A stretch of DNA of 64,000 nucleotides from Cyanophora paradoxa CCMP329 (lineage: Eukaryota; Plantae; Glaucophyta): positions 186,001 to 250,000 of the forward strand of contig QPMI01000520.1 of the NCBI GenBank assembly GCA_004431415.1, read 5' to 3'. Under the pieces are notes generated by a model. The model was not told where the DNA came from and made no database searches. It was given only the letters and a program-made list of their open reading frames with translations. Below, in pieces: positions 1 to 11,949 of the stretch (within the stretch, counting starts at the first letter, position 1; every line of letters begins with the position of its first letter). The position numbers and the translations under genes are program-made.

Positions 1-3000
1 GGTCGTCCCAGCCGGCCCAGCCCGTCCCGCCCCGGGCCACTCGTCGTGCCCCAGGCTCCCCTCCTCCTCCTCCTCCTCCTCCGCCTCCGCCACCTCCGCC
101 TCCTCCTCTTCCCCGCCGCCTCCTCGAGGTCCCAGAAGGCCGCCTCGCCGTCGTCGGGCGCCTCCGCCGGGCCCGCCCGAACCTCCACTCCTCCGCCCCG
201 CCGTCCCGGCGCGGCCGCCTTCGCCTCGTCCGCGCGGGGCGGCGGCCGCGCCGGCGGCTCCCGCTCCGCAAGCTCTTCCCAGCTCTCCGCCGCCGCCGCC
301 GCCTCACCCGCCTCCGCCGCGCCGGCCCCGCATCCGCCGCGGCATCGGACGCGGCCTCGGCCTCGGCGGGGCCTCCGAGTGCGGGGCGGGGGCCTCGGGC
401 GGCTCGGCGCTGCTGCCCGACGGCTTCCGGCTCCGCGCTCGCCGGCGGCTCGCCCGGGCCGAGGCGCGCAGCGAGCCCAGACGCGGCACCCGCGCCGGGC
501 GCGCCTCGCCCGGCCCCGCCTCGCCCTCGCCGTCCGGCCCATCCTCCCCATCCCCCGGCTCCGCCGCCGCCGCTGCTGCCGCCGCCGCCGCCACCGGGCC
601 GGGTGCTGATCGGGCGCCTCGGGAGCAGGGGCGGGGCGGGGGCGCGGGGGCCGGGCCCCTGCTCGGCGTCCGAGGCGAGCTCCTCCCAGTTGTCCCGCGC
701 GGGGCTCACCGAGGGGCCCCCGCCGGCGGCGAGCACGGGCCCCACGCCCCGGCGACTCCGGCCCCACCGCCGCCCCGCTGCCGGCCCCGCCGCCAGGGCC
801 GGCGGGGGCGGGGGCGAGGGCGGCCGCGGCGGAATGGCGACCTGCGGGGCGCCTGCCGCGGCCGCCCTCGCCCTGGCCTTCTTGGAAGGGGAGGTCGGCA
901 GCGGGGGCGCCCGGAAGAGGCGCCCTCTTCGGCCGCCGCCGCCGGAGCGGGCGGGGCGCTCGAGGGCTCCTCGGGCCTGCCGGGGCGGCGGGGAGGGCGG
1001 GGGACGAGGAGGGTGCCGGCCCATCCGCCTCCTCGTCGGCGGCGTGCCGCTGGCCCCAGCCGCTCTGCGCGCGCGCGCCGTCAGGGCGGGCGGGGCGGGG
1101 CGGCCGAGGGCGCCCCCACGCACCCGGAGCCAGGAGGCGCCCCGCGGCGGCTGCACGCGAACAGGGCGCGCCCCTCCGCCGCAGGAGGCCGCGCCGGGGC
1201 GCGGGCGCGGAGGGCCCCGGGGGGCGGGGCGGGGGCGGGGGCGGGGGCGGCTGGGGGGTGCGGGGAGGGGGCGGGGCACGCGGGCGCGAAGGCGACGAGG
1301 GCGACCATGGCGAGCTTCAGGCTGGCGATGACGTCCGGCGCGAGGTTCGCGCGGGGGCCGGCCGCCAGCGCGGCCGCCCCTCGGGCCGCCCCGCGGAGAC
1401 GGCGAGGCCCTCGCGCGGGCGTCGGGCACCTCCCATGCGAGGCAGCCGTCGGCGGCGACGGCGGCGCCGCCCTCGGCGCGCAGGGCGGCGTCGCGGCAGC
1501 GGTGGAAGTGGCAGGCGGCGGCGGTGGCGGAGGGGGCGTCGGGGCCCTCCCTGCCGGAGACGCAGAGGCCGAGGGCGACGCCGTGCACCTCGCAGCGCTC
1601 CAGCGAGAGGGCGGCCCGGCGCCCCGCCAGGCGCGCCCGCACGAGCCGCGGGCCCGCCCCGCGTGCGAGAGGACCGAGTCGAGGAGGGCGAGGCGGGAGT
1701 CGTCGCCGGCGGCGCGGACGGCGTCGGGGAGGGCCCGGCGGCGAGGACGTCGCAGCGGGCGAGGCGCCAGCGGGCGCGGCGGCCGCGCAGCGCGACGCCG
1801 CCGGCGACGGTGAGGTCCCGGAGCTCGACCACCGCGTCGTCGCCCTCCACGGCGAGGGCCCCACGGCGCCGTTCCCCTCCCCGCGCACCAGCACGTGCGC
1901 CCCGGGCGCCGCCAGCCGCGCCGGGGCCCCCGCCGGCGTCCCCACCAGGTCCCCGCCATCCCCTGCGCGCCCAGGCGGGCCAGCCGCCTCGGCTCGGCGC
2001 GGCGCGGCGGCCCCGCAGGCGGTGCGGGGCGGGGCGGCGCACGCGGACGGTGATGACGACGGAGGGGCCCCGAGGCGGCGGCCGCGGCGAAGGCCTCCTG
2101 CAGCGTCCCGTGCGCCCGCGGGCCCCGCGGCAGCCCCGCGCCCACCTCCAGCCGCACCTCCTGCGCACCTTCCTCCTCTTCCCCCGACCCCCCCGCCCCC
2201 TCCTCCTCCTCCTGCGCGGGAGGCCGTGAGCCGGCGCGGCCTCGCGGGAGCTGGGAATGGGAGGGCGGGGCGGGCCTCGTCGGGGCCGGGGCCGCCCGCG
2301 GGCCTCGGCGAGGGCGCGGGCGGCGGCGGCGGCGGCCTCGCGGACGAGGGCGGGCCCCGCGCGTGCGGCCCGTCCCGCGCGAGGACGCCCGCCGCCGCGC
2401 GGGCCGCCTCCCTGCGCGCCGCGAGCTCGGCGCTCCAAGGGCCCCTGTGCCCGCCTCGACCCGCCGCAGCCGCCTCGGCGGGCGCTCGAGGACCTGCGGG
2501 AGGGCTCAGGGGCGGGGGCGGGGGCGGGGCGGGGCGGGGCGGGGCGGGGCGGGGCGGACGCGGAGGGGCAGGGCCTGCTCGGCGCGGGGCGCGTCGAGGG
2601 CCGTGGGGACGTCCCAGAGGACGCAGGCGGCGGTGCGGAAGGCGTTGGAGCGGCTGCTGAAGAGGGCGGCGCGCGCGCAGGCGTGGAGGCGGCAGTCGGA
2701 GAGCTCCGCGAAGCAGGCCGTCGACTCGAGGGGGCGGAAGGCGACGCCGTAGTCGCAGCCGGCGACGTCGCACGCCTCCATCCGCAGCCGCCCCCGGCTC
2801 GTCTCGAAGGTCACCCCGGAGCCGCCGCCCCCGCGGATCCGCGTCCCCAGCACGTGCAGGCTCGAGTTCTTGCACGCGTCCGACGCCGCCGCGCCGGCCG
2901 CCCCGTGGCGCGCCCCGTCCGAGGGCACGACCACCCCGCCGCCCTCCAGCCGGCACCGCTCCAGCCTCCACGTCTGCGGCGCGGCGCGGCGCGTGAGGGC

Positions 3001-3543
3001 CGGGGCGCGGGGAGCAGGGCGGGGCCGGGGCCGGGGGCGGGGGCGGGGGCACGCACGCAGGCGACGCCGACGAGGGCGAGGCCGCCGACGATCTCGATGC
3101 CGCGCAGCAGCACGCGCGCGCGCGAGCCGAAGAGGAGGAGGGGGCCCAGCACCGCCCCCCGCCCCTGCTCCGCGCGCAGCGTGAAGTCCACGTTCGTCAC
3201 CTGCCCCCCCGCGCGTCGGGCGGCGGTGCGGTGCGGAGCGGCGGTCGCGGGCCGGGAGCGGCGGGCGCACGTCGAAGGAGAAGCCGCAGGCGCTCCCAAG
3301 GGGATCCTCGTCCTCCCTCACGGCGATATCGAGGACGATGTCCGGAAGGTGCGCCGCCGGCAGCGCCACGCCCTCCTTCTGCAGCTGCGCCCGCCGGATC
3401 CTGCACTGCCTCCGCGCCGCCTCCAGCTCCGTGGCCGTCCGCGAGAGCGCCGAGGCGAGGCTGGGGAACACGGAGGCGCGCTGACCGCCCCAGTACGCCT
3501 CCGCGTCCACGGTCACGTTCATGGAGATGCGGCGGGCCTCCAT
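1..3543 (-). CDS. Multi-exon protein with two probable right-handed parallel beta-helix (pectin-lyase-like) regions and a low-complexity tail; the 3' end runs off the window and the 5' end may extend further upstream
   Basis: Exons give VLLRGIEIVGGL..WRLERCRLEGGGV..LHVLGTRIRGGGGSGV..LRMEACDVAGCDYGV..AELSDCRLHAC. A second block gives VVELRDLTVAGGV..WRLARCDV..LSLERCEVHGVALGL. The spacing is typical of beta-helix coils. Several frameshifts occur in G/C runs. Confidence 0.5.
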
Positions 3544-4396
3544 GTCTCAGATCGTCCTCTTGCAGCTGGGTCGTGAAATCGCTGTCAGGCTCCGAGGGTC
3601 AGACCAGGGACTGCTGGTCAAAGCGGCGCCAGCGACATCATTACAGATATGCTCAGGCGCAGCCAACCGCGCATACGTCTCGGCTGTGGGGAAGTGAAGG
3701 AGCGCACTTGACAGGGACGGGGGCGTGTGTACGGGGCCCCAAACGCCTGGTTCCGGTCCGGCTACACTCCAGCGCCGCTCATGGCTGGCGGGGACTCCGG
3801 GAAAAGGACAAGACGGGTTCGGGACGATCGGGGCTGTACGGCGTGCCAATAGTGCGGCAAAGGCCCAATTAACACACAGCGCGGCTTTGCACGCGTCTGG
3901 CTGCACCGGAGGAGTCCCGATTGTGGTATTATGTACCCTTGAAGGCAGGGGGTACGCGTAGGTCGCAGCAACGGGCCTCGACGGCGCGAGCCACAAGCCC
4001 TCAGCCGGTTTCGTTGAAGCCTTGTTAGCTCTTGGTGGCAGCTCATAGGCAGCTCGGCAAGCTCGTGGCGCGACACCGCGGCGGGAGCACGCCGGAGGAG
4101 GAGCCGAAGTGTCTGTGCTGAGTACAGTACCTTTTCGAGCTGCGTGGGAGAGTACCGGAGCGGCGCGACGAAGTCAACGGCTCTCTCTCTCACGCACACA
4201 CACACTTTCTGTGTGGCTCCATGCCGGCTGCAGCCGCGATGCAATCGCAGACCCCCACAAAGCCAGCTGCTTCGGCCCACTCAAAGTCGTTGCAGTCGCC
4301 TCGGACGCCCCGAGGATCCGTCGGTGCGCCGCCGGCTCCCCAGCGCCTCTGCCAGCGGCATTCGCTGCTGAGCGAACAGCAAAGCTTTGCCTTAGC

Positions 4397-7300
4397 ATGT
4401 CATCGCCGATATTCCCGCGCCCCGCGCTCTGGATTGCAGCAACCGCTGATTGCATGCCGAGTGCAGGGTCTCCGCGGGTCCAGAGGGTCCCCGTGCGCTT
4501 TCAGATCTTCAAAAAGACTAGCGTGGGCGACGCTGTGTACGTTGTGGGCGACGTGAAGGAACTGGGCGCGTGGAAGCACCCAGTGAAGCTTAGGTGGAGC
4601 GAAGGCCACATCTGGCGAGGCGAGGTGTGCCTGCCGCTCTCGCTTTATTGTTTGCTTTCCTTATGCACGTCAACAGATCCAGATTCCGCAATCGTGCAGC
4701 CGTTTCGAGTACAAGGCGCGTGAGACTAGTTCTGTGCCGTTGCAGAACGGCCCGCAGCGCTCTGATGCCTGCACGCAGTACGTTTTCGGTGACAGCACCG
4801 GAAAGCAGATGTCCGAAAGCGGCGCCAACCGCACGGGTCGTCTGGACGCGAAGGACGGCCCGACGGTCTTCGAGGACCAGTGGCGGGGCGGGGCCGCGCA
4901 CGAGGGCGACCGGGCGCTGGAGGAGGGCCCCGACGAGGACGTGAGGCGCCTGCGGATCGATGAGGAGGCCGTCGTTGAGCACTCGGGCCCGCGCAGCTCC
5001 CGCTGTGCGTACTCTCCTTGTCTCCGCCGTGCGGGGCTGACGAAGAGCACAGCGAACAACTCCGGCCGCTTCTCGCTTGGGGACCGGTCTGATCTGCTGA
5101 ACGCGAACGCGAGCGCACGGCGGGAGTCCTCGCCGGATGTCGGGAACTGGGGAAAGGGCGGCGCACCGCCGGCATCTGCGCCTGCGCCGCCGCCGTTCGT
5201 CCCTCCGCTGCCTATCACGAAGGAGAACGCGCCGGAGGCGCTGCTGGACCAGCCGCCGCTCTCGGCGCGCTCGTCGGAGGGCGGCGCGGGGAAGAAGAAA
5301 AGGAAGAAGAAGCGGCGCAGCTCGGGGCGTGCCTCGGGCGGCGGCGGGCAGGACGACGGGGACGCCACGGACGACCCCATCCCCACGCCCCGCGGCCTGC
5401 TGCCCACGCCCCGCGGCTCGGCCGCCGCCGAGGTGCGCCGCGCGCCTGCCCCGAGCGCCGCCTGCCGGCCCCTGACGCCCGCGCAGGCCTCGGCGGCACA
5501 GATGACGCCGCGGGGGAGAGCGGCGGGCGGCCGTCGGGCCGCGGCGGCCGACGGAGGCCTGGCGGAGAAGCAGCAGCAGCCGGCGGGCGCCTCGCCGGGG
5601 AAGGCGTCGCGGGCGTCCGAGGCCGCCGCCGCTCCGGCGGTGCCGGCGGGGCGGGCGGGTCGGGGCTGGGGATCCCGCTGGAGGGCCTGCCGGAGGACGT
5701 GGCGCGGCGGCTGCGGGAGATGCAGGAGGAGATGCAGCGCCTCAAGGCGGAGAACGAGCGGAAGCAGGCCGAGATCGAGCGCAGCCGCGCCGAGCTCGAG
5801 AAGTACAAGCGCCTCAACGCCCGCCAACAAGGCCTCATGGCCGCCTCCGCCGCCGCCGCCGCCGCCGCCACCACGGCCTCCGCGCGCGTCTCCGAGGGCC
5901 GCGCCGCCGACCCCGCATCGCCCAGCACGCCCCGGCGCTCCAGCGGCGGCCCGGCGGCAGCGTCGGCGGCGGCGGCGGCGGCGCAGACGGCTGCGCAGCG
6001 GGTGTCGGCGCCGGACGCGGCGGCGGCGGCGCTGATGGCGCGGGTCTCGGCCATCAAGGAGGCGGAGGCGGCCAGGTCCTGCGCCACGGCCGCCCCTCGC
6101 CCGCCGCACTCCGCTTCGGGCCGGGCATCATCCCGCCCCGCCCGCCGCCCCGCCCGGCTGGGACCTCACCGTCAAGGTGATCAAGGCAAACGCCGGCAAG
6201 GCGGAGGCGCCCGCCGCCCCGCGCGCCTCGTCGGGGAGCCTCGCCGCCGCGCTCGAGGCGGCGGCGACGGCCCCCGCTTCCCCCGCCGGGCGGCCCTCGG
6301 CCGGGCGCATCGTGCCGCCCCTCTGGGAGGGGGCCAAGCCCCCGGGCCTCGCCGGCGCGCTGGGGGCCCGAGCCTCAGCCCCGGGGCCCTCGCCGCTGTC
6401 CAGACCGCGGCATCCCGCCACTCCCTCTCCCCGAAGGCTCCCGCCTCCGTCCCCACGCGCCTCCTCCCCCCGTCTCAGGTCCCCATCCGCTCCGGCCGCG
6501 CCCGTCCCGCCCCGCCCCCTCCCCGCCCGGGGCCTCACCCCCTCCTGCTGCTGCAGCCGCCCCTCCCCGCCCCCGCCCGCGCCGCCCGGGGCGGGCGCCA
6601 TCCCACCGAGCGCCCAGGGTGCCAAGGCGTCTGTCCCCGCGCCCCCTGCCGCCTCGGGGGCCGCCCCTCCCCCGCCGCCATCCGCTGCTCCGCCCCCAGC
6701 GCCCTCCGCAGCCGCCGCAGTTCCTCCCCGCCCCCGGTGCCCCATCCGCGGCTGCCGTGCCGCCACCCCTCCGTCCGGGGCTGCTGTCCCCCGCTGCCTT
6801 TATCAGGTGCCGCCGTGCGCCCCCTCCGGCCGGCGTTTCCGTGCCCCCGCCGCCCCCATCGGGCGCCGCCGTGCCGCCCCGCCGCCCCCATCGGGTGCTG
6901 CCGTGCCCCCGCCTCCCACTAGGGGCGCCGCCGTGCCCCCGCCGCCAACGGGCGCCGCCGTGCCGACGCCACCGGCGGGCGCGGCTGTTCCCCCGCCGCC
7001 GACAGGCGCTGCCTTGCCCCCGCCGCCGCCCTCGGGCGGGGTTGTTCCTCCGGTGCTCCGCGGCAGCGCCGTCCCTCCGCCTCCGTCGGGCGCGGCCGTC
7101 CCTCCCCCGCCGGCCGGCACGGCCGTCCCTCCCATCGGAATCGTGCCCCCACCGCCAACAGGAGGGTCCGTGCCGCCCCCACCGCCAACAGGAGGGGCGG
7201 TGCCGCCGCCGCTCGGGGCGCCACGGATCCCCGCCCCGCCGGTGACCCCCGGCAAGTCCGCCATCCCGCCGCCCCCCGGGGCCTCCCCGGACGCCTCGCC

Positions 7301-10300
7301 CAAGCCGCGCACCGGAGCGGCGCCGCCCCGCCCCGCCCCCGCCCGGGCCGGCCTGGCGATCCCGCCCGTGCCGATCGCGCCGTCGCCCTCGCGGCGGAGC
7401 TCGGCGGCCGCCGCCGGGGCATCCCGCCCCCGCCCCGCCCTCCCTGGGCGGCCCGCTCGCCCACGCCGACTCGCTCTCGGCGGCGCTCGCCCGCTCCAAC
7501 TCGTCGGCGGCGGCGGCGGCGGGCCCGCTGGGCCCCGCCCTCGCGCTCCCCGCCGACGTGAAGCTGGCGGTGGTGCCGGCGGGGGCCGTCCCCCCCGCCC
7601 GCAAGGTCGTGAAGCACCCCACCGAGATGCGCCAATTCTTCTGGCAGAAGATCGCCCCCACCAAGGCCCGCCCCGCCCGCCCCCTCGCTGCCTGGCCGGC
7701 GGCCTCACGGGGCCGGGGCGGGGCAGGTGGCGAACTCGGTGTGGTCGTCGCTGCGGGAGGACGACGTCCCCGTGGAGGAGTCCGACCTCCAGGGCCTCCG
7801 CGAGTCCTTCGCCACCCGCGCCCCCGCCCCGCGCCGTCCGCCCCGCCCGCTCTCGCCCGCCCCGAGCCCGCCCCCTAACCCCGCCGAGCAGCGGAGGCGG
7901 CGGCCAGCGCGGGCGGGGGCCTCGGCCGCAAGGTCTCGTTCGTGCAGCCCAAGGTCACCCTCCTCGACAACAAGAAGGCGAACAACTGCGGTGCGGGCGC
8001 CCGACGCGGGGCGGCCCCGGGCGGGCTCTGACGGGGCGCAGCGATCATGCTCTCGCGGTTCAAGGTGACGAACAGGCAGATCCGGGAGGCGCTGCTGGCG
8101 ATGGACCAGAACGTGCTCAAGCTGGACGACCTCGGCCAGATCTTCAACTTCCTCCCGACGGATGACGAGAAGAAGAAGATCTCGGCGTTCAAGGGGAAGC
8201 TGGAGGACCTGGGCAAGGCGGAGCTCTTCCTCTTCGAGGTGATGCGCGTGCCCCGCTTCCGCAACCGCATCGAGGCCTGGATCGCCAAGCGCTGCTTCGA
8301 GGAGCAGATGCCCGCCCTCTCCCGCGTCCGCCCCCGCCCGCCCCGCCCCCCCAGCCCCCCAGCCCCGCCCCTCACCCCGCTCCCGCAGCTGCTCTCGGAC
8401 ACGGTGCTGGCGGCGAAGGAGATCCTCGCCTCGGGCGGCTTCGCGCACCTCCTGCAGGTCATCCTCGTCGTCGGCAACGCCCTCAACGGGGGCACCTTCC
8501 GCGGGGGCGCCTACGGCTTCAAGCTCGAGTGCCTCGTCAAGCTCAACGACACGCGCTCGAGCAACGGCAAGTCCACCCTCCTCCACTACATCGTCGCCTT
8601 CCTCGAGGAGAAGGCCGCCGCCGCCGCCGAGGCCGCCGCCCGCGAGGCCGAGGAGGAGGCGGCGCGCCGCGAGCGCGAGGAGGCCGAGGCCGCCGAGCGC
8701 CGGGAGCGCGAGGCGGCGGCGCGGGCCTCGGAGGCGGCCGCCGCCGACGCGCGCGCCGCCGCCGACCCCGAGAAGGCGGCGGAGGCGGTCGCGGCGGCGG
8801 CGGTCCGCGCGGCGGCGCGGGCCTCGGGGGACCTCACCCCGGCCTGCTCCCCGCCGGACACGCCCCGCGAGGCCGAGGCGGCGGGGCCCGAGGAGACGCC
8901 GGACCCGCTGCCGGCCCTCTCGCCGGCGGCGGCGGCGTCTGAGCGGCTCAAGTCGGCGCTGGCGTTCGGGGCGGAGCTGCCGTCACTGGAGCGGGCGGCG
9001 AAGGGCAACCTGAAGACGATGGAGGAGGAGGTCGCCCAGTTCGAGAAGGACCTCAGGGAGGTGGAGAAGGAGCTCGCCGCGTACCCCACCGACGTCGGCG
9101 TCCTCGCGTACGCCAAGTCGCACGGCGCCGGCGTCGACAAGTTCCTCCCCGTGATGACCGCCTTCGTGGAGACGGCGCGGGCGGAGCTGGCGGAGGCGAA
9201 GGAGAAGCTGGGGACGGCGCGGGCGCTCTTCCGGGCCCTCGCGGCCTACCTGGGGGACGAGATTGCGGAGAAGGCGCCCGACGAGTTCCTCCAGCTCCTC
9301 GCCAAGTTCGTGTCGCTCTTCGAGGGGGCGCGGCGGGAGCTCGCCGCGCAGCGCGAGGCGGACGCCAAGCGGACGCAGCGGGACAAGAAGAAGGCGGCGG
9401 GGCTGGCGGGGCCCAGCGGGCGCCCCTCGGCCGGCCCCGCGGCCTCGCCCAGCGCCTCCCCCGTGAAGGCCGTCACCCGCGGCGGCGCCCGCCTCGACAG
9501 CGTCGCCGAGTCGGACGAGGCCACCGCCCGCCGCGACTCCTCCTTCGACGACGTGCCCCCCCGCCCCGCCCGCCCCGCCCGCCCCTCACCGCCTCGCAGC
9601 TCGTCACCCCCGCGTGCCCTCGCCGACGGGCTCGTCGGCGCCGCCGCCGCCGTCGGTGCGCCGGCCCCGCCCCGCCCCGCGCCCCGGCCCCCGCCGGTCG
9701 CTGACGCCACTCCCGCAGCGGCGATCAAGAAGGAGAAGGAGGAGGCGGCCAAGGCGGAGGCGGCGGCGGCGATCGAGAACGCGAAGATGGCCAAGGCGCG
9801 GGCGGAGGGGTCGGTGGCCGGCCTGGGCCCCGCCGGGGCGCCGCAGCCGGCGGTGCGGGTGGTGACGCGGGCCTCGATGGCCGCCAGCCAGGGCCTCGCC
9901 CTCTCCGCCTCCTCCTCCGCGAGCCGTCCCCCTCGCCCGCCCCTCCCCCACCAACGCGCCCCGCCCCTCCCCCTCCCCCGCACTCCGCCAACCCCGCCCG
10001 CCCGCCGCCCCTCCCCGCCGAGAGCCCCGCCGCCTCGCCCCGCCCCTCCACCGCCGGTCCGCCCCGCCGCCCCTCCTCCCCCGGCGCAGCCGGCCCGCCG
10101 TCCCGCCCCTCCCCGGCCCCGCCCGCTCCTGCCGGCGCGGAGAAGCCGCCAGTGCCGAAGCTCAACCTCACAGCTGCCGCCGTCCCGCCGCCCGCGCCCG
10201 CGGCACAAGTGGAAGCCGGCAAGAGCGCTGTGCCGAAGCTCAACCTCGCCGCCGCCGCCGTCCCGCCGCCGCCGCCCGCGCCCCCGCGGCGGCGGCCGTC

Positions 10301-10725
10301 CCGCCACCGCCGGCCGGGGTTGCGGAGGCGCGGAAGAGCGCCGCACCCGTGCCGAGGCTGGACCTCGCGGGGCCCTCGCCGCGGGCGCCCCCGAGCCGCC
10401 GGCGCCCGTCGCCCCGCCCTCCATCCCCTCGGCGCCCTCCGTCGTCGCCTCGCCCCCAGCCGCCAGCCGGGCCCCCTCCGTGCCCGTCCCCAAGCTGAAC
10501 CTGGCCGGCGCGGGGGCACCGGCGGCGGCGGCGGCGCGGGGGGAGCCGGCGTCGCCGGAGGCGCAGCAGAGCCCGGAGGCGAACGCGCTGGCGGAGATGC
10601 TGGAGCGGCAGCTGAGCTTCCGGGGGGACGCCGCAGGGGACGAGGCCTGCGCCCCCGAGCACGCCCCGCGCTCCGGCGCCACCCCCAGCAAGGCCAAGCG
10701 CCCCACCGGCGGCTCCAAGCTCTGA
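4397..10725 (+). CDS. Formin (FH1 + FH2) with apparent N-terminal CBM20 starch-binding domain and coiled coil
   Basis: Spliced N-terminus VRFQIFKKTSVGDAVYVVGDVKELGAW..IWRGEIQIP..FEYKYVFG..SESGANR..FEDQW is CBM20-like. Coiled coil at about 5700-5830; poly-Pro FH1 at about 6560-7300. FH2 motifs MRQFFWQKI, SVWS, LLDNKKANNCAIMLSRFK, ILVVGNALNGGTFRGGAYGFKLECLVKLNDTRS, TLLHYIV. Formin identity is secure; the CBM20 link crosses 2-3 apparent single-base indels. Confidence 0.8.
6560..7300 (+). repeat. Coding tandem repeat, about 27-30 bp unit encoding G(A/G)AVPPPP(S/T) (FH1 domain)
   Basis: More than 12 consecutive units such as ggcgccgccgtgcccccgccgccaacg. The frame slips within C runs in the first half. 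Confidence 0.85.
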
Positions 10726-11733
10726 GCGCTTTCCGCCCCACCCCCTCCCTCCCCGCTTCTTGCCCTCCTGGCCCCCCGACTGGTCTCTGCTCTGCCCTGT
10801 CTTGTGTATACCGATTGTAGGAAAAGGCGAAGTTTCGAATCCTTGAATGGACGAGCCTCGGGCCCGGGGCCCTGCCGCAGTGCCGCAGCACCTGAGCCCC
10901 TCGGGGCTTCTTTGCAGTTGGCCGCCTGCAATTGCCAAGAACCGTCGGAACTTCGGAATTGCCGCAGTTCCAATCTTCGGAACTTGGAAATTCGGCGTCG
11001 GCACTGCGGCAGTCGACGTCCTGTCTGACGGTCAGGCCCTCAGGGCCTGATCATGCCATGATGGGGCTACAAAGCTACAAGGCTAGCTATAGGGGCTTCA
11101 AGGCTTCAAGGCTTCCTAGAAGTTCCTTGCCAACGTGTAACTTGGCAAGTTGGAGTTCTGCTTCGAGTTCAGGCTTGCCAAGTTGGCTCAAGACTCTCAG
11201 ACTCTGAGAGTGTGAACGTTAACGTTAACGTTGAACTTCGCGATCGCCGAATCACTGCGCATGCTGATCATGAGGTGCCACGGCCCGGCGGTGGCCGCCG
11301 GCCCGCCGCCGGGCCGCGGGCCGAATAAACTATAGCTAGCTTGCCTAGGCCTAGGCCTATAGCTAGGCCCTGAGGACTTCCGAATTTTCGAAGTTCTGCT
11401 GTCACTGTCATGCATATGATCACCGTGGCACTGCAGCACCGCGGCACACTCGAGCTCGAGCTCATCCGGTCAGCCCGCGGCCTGCGCATGCTGGCAGGGC
11501 CGCGGGGCGTTAGTCACTGAGTTTTAGTTTGACTTCGAAATTCAGTTCAAGGCATACTAGGCCTGACCTATAGCTAGGCCGACGTGCATTTGAAAATTCA
11601 TGCAAGATTCCAAAGCATTTCGTAAGCGGAGGGGGAGGGGGGGGGGGGGAGCGGTGGGGGAGGAGGAGGATCCGAAGGGGGGCTGGTGATCATGAAATTA
11701 AAGTACGTAAGACGTGGTGCTGGGGGAAAAATA

Positions 11734-11770
11734 ACGTCGACGTCGACCGCCCGACGGTCGACGTCGACGT
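11734..11770. repeat. Perfect hairpin with 16-bp arms and a 5-nt loop
   Basis: acgtcgacgtcgaccg-cccga-cggtcgacgtcgacgt. Confidence 0.95.
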
Positions 11771-11949
11771 CGGACTCTGCCCTGTCGACGTCGGACTCCG
11801 ACGGGCCGAGCCTCGGAGACTCCGAGATATCGATTCCGGATCCTGCTGATGCGCGGGGCCCGGGCACGGTGTGCCGCGTCCCGGCCCCCTGGGGAATATC
11901 GCGGAGAGTCGAGGTGCCTACCTCTCGAACATGAGAGGCACTGTGGCAC

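Noticed and set aside
3544-4396. Additional 5' exons of the beta-helix gene overlapping the formin start at CATG 4396-4399
   Set aside because: The minus-strand ORFs look partly coding, but I could not build a stop-free spliced path to 3543.
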